Position numbers and translations under genes: made by a program
Shown: one piece after another, positions 1-12,800 of the stretch
Position numbering within the stretch: position 1 is the first letter of the stretch
How the letters are laid out: each line of letters opens with the position of its first letter
Assembly (NCBI GenBank): GCA_965649765.1
Contig: OZ287754.1
Coordinates: forward strand, 11,966,001-12,030,000
Source: Bispira polyomma
Taxonomy: Eukaryota
Direction of reading: 5' to 3'
Length of the DNA stretch: 64,000 nt
Notes under the pieces: model-generated
Seen by the model: the letters and a program-made list of their open reading frames with translations, nothing else
Told to the model about the DNA's origin: nothing
Databases searched by the model: none

Positions 1-419
1 CCGAAGCCTGAACATGCACAAAATACAAACTGCTGTATAAGCAAGCTATATGGTAAACTAGAAATAAAAGTTATAAGGGGTTAGGAAAATCACACAAACT
101 GAGCAGTACTTTGCACTTTAAATATCACATCAACTAGAACAAAGTGATGAATATAATACAACATTACACAATTACAATGAATATTTGCAAGCATGATATA
201 TTGCACACTTTCAGAAATAACGTTATATCAAGTTTTGAATGCATTGGGTCAAATCTGACAAATATTGTTACCACTACATATTGAAATTCAGTACCATAAT
301 TTACTTATACCAATTAAAACTGTTATTTGTATTTGGAGTATTACTCCAATTGCAATGAACTATTTTTGTCCAATCCAAACTTACTTATTAACTCAATAAT
401 GTTTGTTTAAGTTTTGCAG

Positions 420-3400
420 ATCCAGTACAGTTTAACTAATGCGTGGTGTTTTGAAAACTGGGGTCAACTAGCACACGATCCATATACATATGACCCATGT
501 TTGGATGGTAATTACCAGCTGATCACAGATCACACTAGAAGTGCTGATTACTACGACTCTGACTCACCACTAATAAATGATGACTATAATTATTTTAATA
601 ATGAGGGTACATGGGAGAAGAATGGCTGGTACAGATCTGTAATACCCGGGGCTGAGGATATTGCATTGGCTAGACCGGAATATGGACATTGTCAGGCAGA
701 AAGACATTTATATTTTGATGGTAAGCTCATTCACCAGAATGATATATGGCATTGTTTGAAATTTCTTTTTAAAATAAACACATACCATTTGGTTATGTTT
801 TAACACCATGACAACAGATTTAAGTAAAGTATTTTAATAATTAACTTTTATATATTACATTATAAATATATTATAATAACTATTATATTTCAATATTACA
901 CAAACAGCACACTTTTTAGTAAACTTTGCATTAATTTTTTTTATTTACTCCAGCTGAATACAATCTATATATTTACGATTTGAACGAGGTGGACGATTTC
1001 TATGAGATTGATTTGTCCCATAGTGACTATGGGTGTTGTCATGGATATTTTTGTATGAAGCAATGTGACAGTTTTAATGTGTATCAGTTAGGACACTATT
1101 ATGACTGGTGGGGGCCTGGTGAAGGAAGGCTCTGTTTTGGTAAGTGTATCACAACTTTCTCTTTCTAAATCAAATGTTCTGATTACAGAGTTTACATTTG
1201 TTTTGGGTTTACAATAACATTGAACATTGCAAAAGTATTTTATTTGTTTGGTCAATTATCATTCCGAGTAAAAGTAATTGTTAGTGATAATATCACATAA
1301 AATGTCATAAAATTATTCATGTTAATATGATATTTTGAACATTTTATTGTAGGAGGTGATGGCCAATGTCCTGAAGATCATGAACTCTGCAAACGTATGT
1401 TGTTCTGATAAAAAAAGTTAATTCTGTTTATAGCACACAGCCTACAGATCAGATAATATGCTACTTTGACTTCTTTTTACAAAACATACTGTTACAACAT
1501 GGTACAGATATTTGATTTTAGATTTCAATTTTTATCTCATGTCTCAATTAATTTCACAATTTACAAGTGTAACGGGTTCCTGAGAGTAACAGATAATAAT
1601 TTTGCACTGTGTATCATCTGGTCATGTATCAGTAAATGTGTCGCCCTTCCATCTTATGTACTAGCAATATAGCATGTGATAAACCAATATACAGAGAATA
1701 TACTACTGCGTATATTTTTTTTAAGACAATAAAATCACAGGTTATGCATTAATACATTAACAACTACCATATTATATATATAAGGTAGATGACACTTTGA
1801 CATCCTAAGTATTACTACACATGATACCATATCAATCACAAGCAAACCAACAGTCTTACGAGCAGAATTTGAGCAAAGCAAGTTGGACATTCCCTCTTGC
1901 TAGAGAAGGTTATGCTTGTGAATCAGTTACTGTTGAACTCATCTTTGTCATTGGTAAAGCACAATGTACTACTATGGTAATGATGTATATTTTGTATTAG
2001 ACAGTAGTGGAACATTGTTGGGCATGTAAACTTTTTTCAGAGCTCTTCAAATCCAGAAATAGGCCTACCATCTCATACAACTCACAACAGGAAAAAGTTG
2101 GAAATGGTATATGCAAAGAGGTGGTACAATTTGTCTGTCAGGTTACACAGTGGGCGAATGGAACCAATGTAAACAAACTGCAGTTCACCTGGTCTGCTGT
2201 TACTGATGTTGATGATATGGTCACTATAGTTCAGGAAGTGAAGCAGGGACTGGATCAATCATCTATACTGACTATGGAGCAGATTCAAAGCAAGGGAATC
2301 ACGAAAGGGAATTTTGAGGTACTTACATTTTGGCATTTCATCAAAACAAAACATCTCACGTCAATCCTACTTAAAATATAAATCATCAAGGTGGCATTAT
2401 TGAATATGACTAATACAGTCAACATAACAAGAAACAAATTGTATACATAATTTTGTGCATATTGTATGCTTCATTTGTGTTTGTCTAAATAAAATATATC
2501 ATACAAACATCATTAATAAGAGATGTGACAAAAGGTTATTGGGTACGTGTCAGGCTTTTAAACACCAGTAAAGGATCAAGGCAAATGGTGAAAATCTATA
2601 TCCCATCTAAATCATGCCAGTGATGTATCACATAACTTTGCATAATCCCTGAAACTAAACTTGAACAGAGTTGAATTTGAATTTGGATATTTAACGTCCA
2701 CTCTAGTACATTTTAGTAGGTTATATTGGGAGGGGAAGTTGGAAACGTTAGAGGAAACACTGCATACAGTTGGTCAAGGTTCTGCAGAGAAACCAGCAGC
2801 CCACAGTAAGGAACTACCACCTTTCCCACATAGGCATCGACGGGATTCGAACTCACGCCGCCCAGAGGTGAGAGACCAGTGATTGTGAAGCGCAATGCTT
2901 GTTAACCACTAGGCCTTGAACAGAGACTTTAAAAGATTGTCATTCTGCACTAAAATATGTTTGGTTCATTTTGAGCATAATATGAAGAAGTGCTTTTTAT
3001 TTTAGCTAGGGTGTGAGGTCCAATGGAGTACCAATAACAATGGGGACACATTTGGAGAACCTGTATCCACTACATTCCATGTTGGCTTGGAAATAAGCCA
3101 CACTGACATTCAACTGACTGAAGGTCAACATTCACAGGATATAGCACTGATGTCCACGGTTCCACTTGGCTGTGAATATCCATGTAGTGAGCGTGCAACC
3201 AATATCTGCACAGTAGAAGTCCCAATTGTATACCATGAGGCCAATCAGATTGTAATTAGTTCTGATGAAAACTATGAAGACACTGGAGATTGTGAGGAAA
3301 CCCTGGGTGTTACACTACGTATTACTGGAAAAGCCAGATTTGGTGAAACACTGAATGTACCAATGAGCATATATCCTAAGGATGATGGCAAGTATGACGG

Positions 3401-6400
3401 GACCCAACATGTGGATGTACAGCTAGGACTAGATAGCTCTGATAATATGTGGAATGGTCTCACATTTACCATAAGTGTAAGTGGGGTGTCTTCAGGTCAA
3501 TTTGTAACATGACTGTTTTTGCATAATTGTTAAATTTGCTTACTTTCAAACATTACTGGTTTCCTCTTACTATTGTATTTCTATATCAAATTTGAATTAC
3601 CAGTGATACATTGTTGCTCAATGAAATAACAATGGAGTTCCAGGTTTCTTGCTATAAAATCAACCTTGTTAACTGCTTAAGTAGTGGTATTTCTATTTTG
3701 GCCCCTTGATATTCGACTTAAAGGGGTTGATCTGTAATTGTAGTCCCTTGAGGTTCGAATTAAAGAGGTTCAACTGTTCAACATTGTTACTACATGGGTC
3801 AAACTTTGATTGGATTAAGCCCTAATTAGTTGCTTAACCACATGGGTCATACTTTGTTTGCATCAAGCCCTAATTAGTCATTCTCGACTGCACATATATA
3901 GCTCTTACAGCAATATATATGCCATTTCCATAAAACCAGATACTAACAAATTAAATCTGCTTAATGCTATAGCTTGACATTGGTCTAAAAGTCTCTCAAT
4001 ACAGGACTCCTAAAATACCTCAGCCCATAGTTCACCCCTTAATGCTAGCAATTCAATACCGTTGTGGTAATCCTAACAAATTATTTGTTAATATTCCCAC
4101 CTTTGATCGTAGACACAGATTAAAAGTCCATTACAGTCATTGCATCCAAGTTATGGAATAACCTACCACAAGATATTAGATGCTCACCTTCTCTTTCAAC
4201 TTTTAGAAGTAAGCTTAAGACCTATCTCTATTAAAAATGTAATCCCTCCTGACACGGTCTTAGCTCTTGGTCAAGAGTATCTGTCTGTACCTGGGAAACT
4301 CAGGACCTTTGTAAACCAAAAAGTATGTGTAATATCTCCACATTATCCCCTTGTATAGCGCTTTCAGTCGCATTGCAACTATTAATGCTTCTAGATGAAC
4401 TTTTAACAGTTTTTTTTTCTTAGTATATTTATTGATATCTAAAATAAACTGGGCTCAATTGTTTTTAAAAGATTTATAATACTGGTTATTAGACCATTTG
4501 ACTCTCATTTTTGAGTAAGTGAACAAGAAACATTGAACAAATACATGCTTAACTTAGATTTTTATCTCAAAGTATATGTTAATTCTATCTGTCAAATAAT
4601 AAGAAACCTTCAGTATACTTATGTTTAAAATTCAAACCATATTTAATATTTTATTAGGTTTTGGTTCATGATATAAACAGTGATTATGGTCGCACAAGCT
4701 GCTCATTTGTGAATGATCCACATGTCCAGAATTTTGATGAAAGGTATGCTTGACTTTTTCTTGAACATATCATATGAGATGAACAAACTAAAACACAAAA
4801 CACAAGCATGTTTATAGCTACCCAATTTGTTAAACTGACAGACATTAACCTGATATATATATACTTTAGCTGGGGGACAGCAACCCAAAGTAGAATTTGT
4901 TTGAAGGAACCAAAGTTGTAATAAAAACTTTGTAAAGACCTGTCTATATAAATGTATTTATTTTATAATGTCATCTCTACTGCCCCAAATATGTTTATGT
5001 TCTCCTCATATTGTCTTACAATTATTGCTGACTCTAAGCATGTTAAACACGAACGTATGTACCAAAGTACATAAATTGCTATTAGACACATACTTATGTT
5101 ACAGTTTTCCCTAAATATTTTTAATAATGTACATTCATGTTTCAGTCACTTTGAACTTCAACTAGAGGGAGTATTTAAATTGATGAGACACTTACACTAT
5201 CCAATTGATGTAAGTGAATAACCATCTTTTAAATGTTCAATTAAATAGCAAATGTTATGTTATTTAACAACTTTGTAAATAATGTTAAAGGTTAGAAGAT
5301 TATTAACATTATTTAATTCATAAAATATATATTTACGTTCTAACGCCATATTAAACTGTGTATCGATATACAGTTATAATGGCCCTAATACCTGCAACAA
5401 CTGTCAATTATTCTGTTGGCCTGCATACACATATTACTCTGTCTGACTATGAAAAGACTACACATTATTTGTTGTAAATAACTGCATTCTTGCTAAGAAG
5501 ATAAATTTAATGTATAGCATAAAATACATGTTTAGCTGTCTAGTGATTATATTATATAATCAAAAAACAGAACTGTGATGGATTAAAGTGGTCCGTTTAA
5601 AAAACTGACAAATATTAACACTAGCTCCTAAAACTATAAAATTATTAAATACACACAATATATATGTTGCTTTACACTAATGCGTATATATACATTCTTT
5701 AATATTTACATATATTTTTTGGGGACAGCAGCCCAAAATATTGAAGGTATACCTCCAATTTGCCTCCCAAAAATTGTGGCAGAAGGATGTAAAGGGATTT
5801 ATGTATTCTAAAAGCTACGATATTATGTATTACATTATGTATTATGATATACTCAGATTGAGGGGTACTTTAAATCTTACGGTGGCTACACTGGAGTATG
5901 TGGAGTGGCTGTGAGGTCTGGTGGCAGTCTGTATGTAGTTAGGTACTGCAGAACCCCAGTCATAGCCAAATTTTACGGTTGTGACAGTTCATCCCCACTC
6001 ATAGTTGACAGAAATGGTAGACAGTTTGATGTAAGCATTTTTTTGAACCTAGAAAGTTTTTTGTGACATTATATACTACATAGCTTTTATATTTTTGTGA
6101 CATCATATACTACATAGCTTTTATATTTTTGTGACATTATATACTACACAGCTTCTATATTGGTGGAAATGATGTAAGATAGTGTTTTATCAAATTACTG
6201 TACTTAATGATATTATATTTTTGACATTCAGAGAACATCTTAAATGAATGTTTAATCAGAAGGATATATGATATGTTTTGGGGTTATGGTCAATACTAAA
6301 TATTGGCAGTATATCCTGTTTTAATGTGCTATGCCTGATCATTAACCCTTTCAACCCACTGAAGAAATCATCACCTTGAACTGCAGGAAACTTTTCAGTA

Positions 6401-9400
6401 ATAGGTTACAGATAGCTGGAGTCACTAGAACACACAGCACAGACTACTTCCAGTATTCTATAATGGCCTCATGTATAATATCTGTAAACAAAGGCGTCTG
6501 CTGTATTATTGTGCAATTTCCTATTGTGATGAACTGAAGGAAAATAAAATAACATTTGAACATGTTGACTGCTTGCAGACATAGGTTCTGCCAGTAAGAA
6601 ATTCTGTTGACTACATGCCGATAACAGGGTTCGAAAGGGTTAAAAATGTTCCCAAGGAATCAAAATTACCAGGAATACATTGGTATATCTTGCTACATTT
6701 TGGTTAATGTACAACAAATAACAACAATTACACATCTGTTATAAATAAAAATTAATCAATGTTGTTTTTTGAGCTCAGCATAAGAAGACCAATATATTTT
6801 TAACAAAACAGCTAGTAACACTGTACAGAAGATAACCTTATAATACTTTTTACATCAACATAAAGATCTACCTACCAACCGGAACTAAAGTGGAGTTTAC
6901 AGAAGGACACATGAATATATACCCATCTGCTGCTGACAGAGACAACATAGAAGGAATCTGCGGAAATTACAATGGTGACAGGAGTGATGACTTCATAATC
7001 AAAAGCTCTGGAGAGCCGGACCTAAACACTTATGAACCTAATGAATTTTCTGATTCTTGGAGGTCTAGTATTAATAGTGTTGTTATTAAATGTTTCACTT
7101 CAAATAAATTGTGTACATTTAAGACTTTTATCATATGTTTGTACATTGATGTGGTAATATTATGCAACGGAAACTATTTAAAAAAGTTCTAGTGTCTTTG
7201 ATATGGATATTGCCATAATATTATTAAAAGTAGATCAGTTCCAATTACTCACCATAGCTACACAGGCACTAGCAGTTTATTGTAAAAATTTACAGGATTA
7301 AGGGGAAATCGCTTTTTCAAGGAGAGATTCATGATGATGACTCTCGATCTTTTGAAGACACAGAGTTTTGTGAATGTGACACAAATGGTATCAGGAGATG
7401 TGGCGCTCTGCCAAGAAGCAATATTGTAATCAAAGGTATGTAAGATATGCCACAGTGTACAGCAACCCAAGTAGTTTCACAAAATGTTTTAGGATTATCC
7501 CAGTCATAAGTATATGTTGTCTTAGTAAAGGTGATTTACTGACCTACCGTCCAGGCTATAAATTGTTTGATTGTGATATCAAAGTTAAGTTTGTAAACTA
7601 AATATCACACCACTAATATACCAGTTTACATTTGAAAAATACACAAACAAACCCTAAGACTTTTAATTATAAGTTACAACTCCAACCAGTTTTTTTTATC
7701 AAATCAAGCCTTTTGCTTAAGCCAAAGAATAGTTTTTAATTCCACAAAGTCTAAGGTATATGTCTGTACCAACTTTCTTCCAAACTTTAACAACACAGTC
7801 ATATTTTTAAACCTAAGATCATGAGTTCCATTAGTAATGACACTGTGAAAAAGGTGTGTCATTCAGATTACTTTCTACATCTTCATCTTTGATAGGTAAG
7901 CTAAACAATGTCTTAATGAATATGTGCTGTGCTCATTTACTACATTTATGCAAAATGAACAATTATCTGAAGTTTAGCCATACTTAATGTAATCATATGT
8001 TGTTGCACAAATGTTTTACAGGAACAGATGTGGAGCCAGGAGGAAACTGTAGAGAATACAAACGGTCCATTGTATACACTGACTATGTTGCAGATGAGGA
8101 TGAATTCGTGTTGGATTATGACCTGGATTTTGTAGCTTCTGTAAGTTACTTGCATTTTAGTTCAATGTTAAAGTTGAGGGTCAAATATATGAGTCAATCT
8201 ATCACCAATTACTGAAGCATATTTAACATTCATCTGTATGCCTATATTAAGGAACCAGAATGGAAAAATGGATGGTCGCAAGACACAGCTGAGGAATTCT
8301 GCAATGATTACTTCTCATCCAAAGATATTTTGCAATCTTGTGCTGAACTCATCGACATTGATAGTGGAATTTCAAACTGCTTTCTTGACATACACGTAAG
8401 TTTATCAAAAGTGGTATTACTTGGTCATTGAACAAGAGCTACTTTTAATGTAAACAGTCAATAAACTATTCTGCGTATTAACATTTTCAAAGCTTGATTT
8501 CAATGAATAGTCACAACATAAATAAAACATAATTACAGATTGTAACATTCATGAATGAGCAAGGAGAACTATATATATATATATATAATATGTGTTACAT
8601 TGACTGCTCATTCACTTTAACTCTGCATCTGGGTCACAATGACCAATTTTGGTAAAAATTTGGTAAAATATTGGTAATTTAACAGATATGCAGCAATGTA
8701 TGGTATATCACTGGTTTGTTTATATAACCCACTTTCTGTTTTGAGTCTTAACCAGTGGATAGAAATGCATAGCTTCAGCCTGGTTGACAATTGACAGTAC
8801 ACAATTGACTGTATTTTAGAACATAAACATATAGCATTACATATATATCAACTGATATATCATTTTTAAATAGTTTTACACGACCCTTTATTCATATTAC
8901 AGACTTAAATATTACGATAGTTCTATTACCTTTTCAGATTACAGGAACCACTGACTACACAAAAACTCAACTGGATATGTTATTGTCACAATGCATAAAT
9001 GAGGTAGAGAAATATGACATTGTCAATGCAGATGGTGACAGTAGTTATACAAACCCTTACCAAAACTTGCTAGAATCTGTCTGCTACTCTGATTGCAATG
9101 GAAATGGCTTCTGTGAAAATGGTATAAAGTTGTTCTATCAATATGGTTCTTGTTTTGCAACCCAAAATATTTGTTTGGACTTGTTTTCTATGTATAAATA
9201 TACTTTTTTATTTGCAAAACGTCTAGAGTTTTCAACTTGGTAGGAAGCTAGTGCATTTTACATTTACTTCAACAACTAAATGCTATATATGTATACAAGT
9301 TTCAAAGTGATACATGTTTGTCAGTGCACCTGTTTAGCAATGTGTAAAAATACACTCATATTAGTGGTGATCTACGGTGTGTTTTTTTGAAGCGCAACCC

Positions 9401-12400
9401 ATATGCTAGGATTTATTGTTAGAAGAAAGCTATGGCCAGTTAAACAACAGAAGGGTTTGTGAGGTAAATTTAGGACATCTTGTTTGTATATTTGTCAAGT
9501 GAGGTATTATTATGTTGAAAGTAATATACATTGCCATTGGTTCAGGTGTTTGCCAGTGCCAAGAGGACTATGCTGGTCATGACTGTTCAGTGGACAAAAA
9601 CCACATTCCTACACTTCAGCCTTTCTACTTCAGTGGTCTATGTGACAAAATGTCCCGCCCCTGTCAGGATACTGCTGTCTATGCTGATCTTTTACTGGAC
9701 TCTGACAACCTGAAGTGCAGAGTACAACCCACAGATGTAATAACACAGTTTCAATTAACTTCTGTTTAATATAAGATTACATATAATTGTGCTGTACAAG
9801 TGAAAATTTAAGATGAAAGAACATTTCTGTAATTGAGAAGTTCACTTTAATTAGTTTACATTGTTTAGTTCAAATTTCAACACAATTTTAAAATTGTCAT
9901 TGGGATATAATTTTGACTTTCTATATTACTAAAATTAATTCTAGTGAAATTTAGTATATGTCAACAGTACAGATGTCATACATTTGCAGTTTGATATATT
10001 TTGTTTCGTATAACATTTTAATACATTTAAGACATAAAAGGCTGTTTAAAGCAGTACAAATTTATAATCAATATAAAAATATTTTCTAAAGCCACTCTGC
10101 TTCTGTTATTTTAAGTGCAGTTCAGTACAACACATAATTGAAATGTGAACATACAATTTATATTTAGGTGCTTAAAGTATCACTAATTGAGCTACCAGTG
10201 AGTGCTACTGTGCGGATCTTAATTTTTTCAAAATTATCCTATTACATATTGCAGGTCAGCCATTCCCCTGTATCAGAAGCCATCATCTACGATGGTGTGA
10301 TGGAGCATTTCCAGAAAGTATTCTGTCATATCCCTGAGCACACCATGCCATACATAGTGAGCATTGCAGTGACCAACAACGACCGAAATTACTCAGAGCC
10401 CCAGCCCTTACTGGTCTACCATAGCACCTGCTGGCACTGTAGTTTAGAAAGTGGCTGTGACAAGAAGGTATGAAAATTGCTACAAATAAAAATGTACATT
10501 TTCCTATTGTTTTATACTAAAATACCTCTTCTACGCTATCAACATTATATTATCTGAACAAAATCTTGATCTCCCAAGTAGTTTAGATAATAAGGGTTCT
10601 GCTGCATAGGTTATATAACTAGTTGATAAATCTTCACCTATTTTGTTACTTATTTCTATGCTTTAAGTAAATTTGAGACTGAAACAGTAATTTTAATGAC
10701 CATTTTCTTTAGCTTCTACTAGAATATGTTTAAAGCATACAGTTATAGTTTTATTTTTAAATGTTCTTCAAAGATTTCTGTTATTATTAAATATGATGGA
10801 TCATTGTCAAACTAATACTACTTATATTGCTTATTACACTTAATACATTATTGTAGACTGTGACATTGAGTGAATGGGTTAAATGTAGTTAATCCGCTAA
10901 TGCTGTTTTTGTGCATCACTTATTGTACTGATGCGACACATAATGAACATAATGATGTTATGACAAAAAAAAATGTGATTGAACATTGTATTGTATTTGA
11001 TAGAAATCATCCTGTGTCATCAACACTGACTGTGTCACAGCAGGAGAAAGCAATCCAAGTAATGTTGAAGAACACTGTGATCCTGAACTGGATGAATATG
11101 GGTGGTCTGCAGGTACAACCCTTAAAAAAGTAGCACAGTTCTATTAACAAGTTTAATTGTGTTTGATTCTTGAGTGTTCAGTCACATTTAAGTTCCTGGC
11201 AGAGTATTATAAAGGAATCTGATTTGGTTAGTGTAAAACGTAGCTGTGCATATGGCTGTTCATTTGAAAAAATTGTTTTTCATTCTAACAGGTTTTCTTA
11301 CTATCTAAGGGTAATCACAAACAATACACCAGTACAGTCAACTTGATGATATGTTAAACTGTATTTTACTGTATTTTATTGATGCGCAGCATCTTCTAAA
11401 GCACTACATCAGAATCAGTTAACCAATAGGGAAGTCCAAAATCATAGTCATGTTTGGTTTTTAATCAAACAATTAGCCTAATCTTATTTATTTTTATTTT
11501 CCAAAGTTCCAACCGAAACAACAAGTTCAGGAAAACTCAACCAAGGAGCAATAATTGGTATAGCCGTTGCAGCTGCAATTGTCATCATATCAGTGATTGT
11601 GATAATTGCAGTTCTTTGTAAACATAACAGGTGAGCAATGACAATTAACAAAGTATGTAATTTACACATATGTCACAATATAATCTCAGATTCAGCACAA
11701 TCTAAAATTATCATGGTAGAAACTCCAATTTTAAAATGACACTATATTCCTTTAAACTAATTTATTGTTATGAAAGAAAATCTCGCTTGCAGTTTAATTT
11801 AGAAATAAATAATGTGCATCTTGTATTTACAGTATTTTAAATTATAGTGTTCTCTATTTACATCAGCAAGAAGTCTGAAAGAGTCAGCTCTGAATTAGAC
11901 CTTGGCAAAAGTCTTCCCATTGTACCAAAGGTAGAGTTGATTTAAATTAATATATTTTCATTTAAAGCTAAGTATAAAAACTATTTTAGTATTCTGTAGT
12001 AAAAATTAAAGAAATCAAGTTAACATTCAAAATAAATAAGACTAGTAGTTCACAATACCGAACTTATGAATAACTATAAAGTTGCTTTGTGTAAAAAGTC
12101 TGAAAAATGACTTGTAAAGGTGTTAAAATAATATTAAAATTGCTTTATTCTTCAAAAACCAGGAATTTTGTAAAATTGTAAAACTGGATTGGGTTATCCT
12201 TATTCATGAAATTAAAAACCAGGAATTTTGTAAAATTGTAAAACTGGATTGTGTTATCCTTATTCATGAAATTTGCTTAAGAAATCTATCTTCACATTTC
12301 CATCATTGCAACAAAGATGCTGAGAAACCCTTCTGATACACAAAGTGCTGAAATAGTTTGAATGGTAAATTTTATGTGTGATTTAAGTCTTATACTGAAC

Positions 12401-12800
12401 TGCCTACAATTTCTTAAGCTTTGCCTTTCTTTCTGCATTATACCTTATATCATTATTTGGCAAACGTATTGAATTTATAAAGTTCTTAGTAGGAGACAGT
12501 AGTAATATTTATAAAAAAATATACTGACGATATGAAGTTTTCAAGTATGTGTTCCAGCCATTAATAAATAGTAATTAATACAATATTTAGTCCCTTGAAG
12601 AAAATCAGAATGGGATGCCTCCAGCAATGGCCCAGGTTGACTTTAAAACGATGAACCTGTACCCAGATGTGACGCCAAATAACAGGCTAGCACCTCTCCC
12701 ACCCAAAGTCACAATGGTGAGGCCAGCTGAAAACACTTGGGATCACTACAGCCCTGCAGCCCTACAGGTGGATACTCTACCTAATAAAGCCAAAGTGTAG
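420..12800 (+). CDS. VWDE-like: VWDE-like single-pass membrane protein, copy 1 (5'-partial; 19 visible exons, 1098 aa): UMOD/GP2 D8C-like Cys domain, Ig-like/beta-sandwich region, VWD, C8-like region, EGF, Cys modules, TM, cytoplasmic tail
   Basis: GT-AG exons with consistent phase: 420-720, 954-1139, 1353-1394, 2041-2318, 3006-3476, 4658-4743, 5146-5209, 5857-6030, 6866-7062, 7296-7435, 8022-8140, 8252-8395, 8938-9121, 9546-9736, 10255-10467, 11004-11112, 11507-11630, 11867-11930, 12591-12800. Total 3297 nt with no internal stop. Motifs: DPC...RS...GWYR...CC...KQC..FNVYQL (D8C-like); CSFVNDPHVQNFD and EGICGNYNGDRSDD...FSDSWR (VWD); CYSDCNGNGFCENGVCQCQEDYAGHDC (EGF); AIIGIAVAAAIVIISVIVIIAVLC (TM). 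The exons are conserved in the paralog. Confidence 0.88.
2671..2914 (-). mobile_element. tRNA-derived SINE (family 1), slightly 5'-truncated
   Basis: A box GGCCTAGTGG, B box GTTCGAATC, (TTCAAA)n tail. TSD TTGAACAGAG at 2661-2670 and 2916-2925. Absent at the paralogous site ~30450. Confidence 0.92.
3890..4370 (+). mobile_element. L2/CR1-clade LINE 3' fragment (copy-1 specific)
   Basis: Translates to KLWNNLPQDIRCSPSLSTFRSKLKTYLY, followed by a TGTATAGCGCTTT tail motif. Confidence 0.7.
6059..6160 (+). repeat. Minisatellite, 3 x 34 bp
   Basis: TTTTGTGACATTATATACTACATAGCTTTTATAT units; GTGACA at 6063, 6097 and 6131. Confidence 0.9.
6346..6639. mobile_element. piggyBac-type MITE
   Basis: TTAA|CCCTTTC ... 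GAAAGGG|TTAA. Related degenerate copies at ~22005-22260 and ~25327-25612 share CACAGACTACTTCCA. Confidence 0.75.
12154..12273 (+). repeat. 60-bp tandem duplication
   Basis: Two units with one mismatch; copy 2 has a single unit. Confidence 0.9.

Noticed and set aside
6059-6160. CRISPR-like array
   Set aside because: Head-to-tail units with no unique spacers and no cas genes.
10870-11133. Conserved ORF (also at 38679-38864) as a separate gene
   Set aside because: It is an alternative frame over exon 11004-11112. The same applies to the antisense ORFs over gag/pol and most short AT-rich ORFs in the track.
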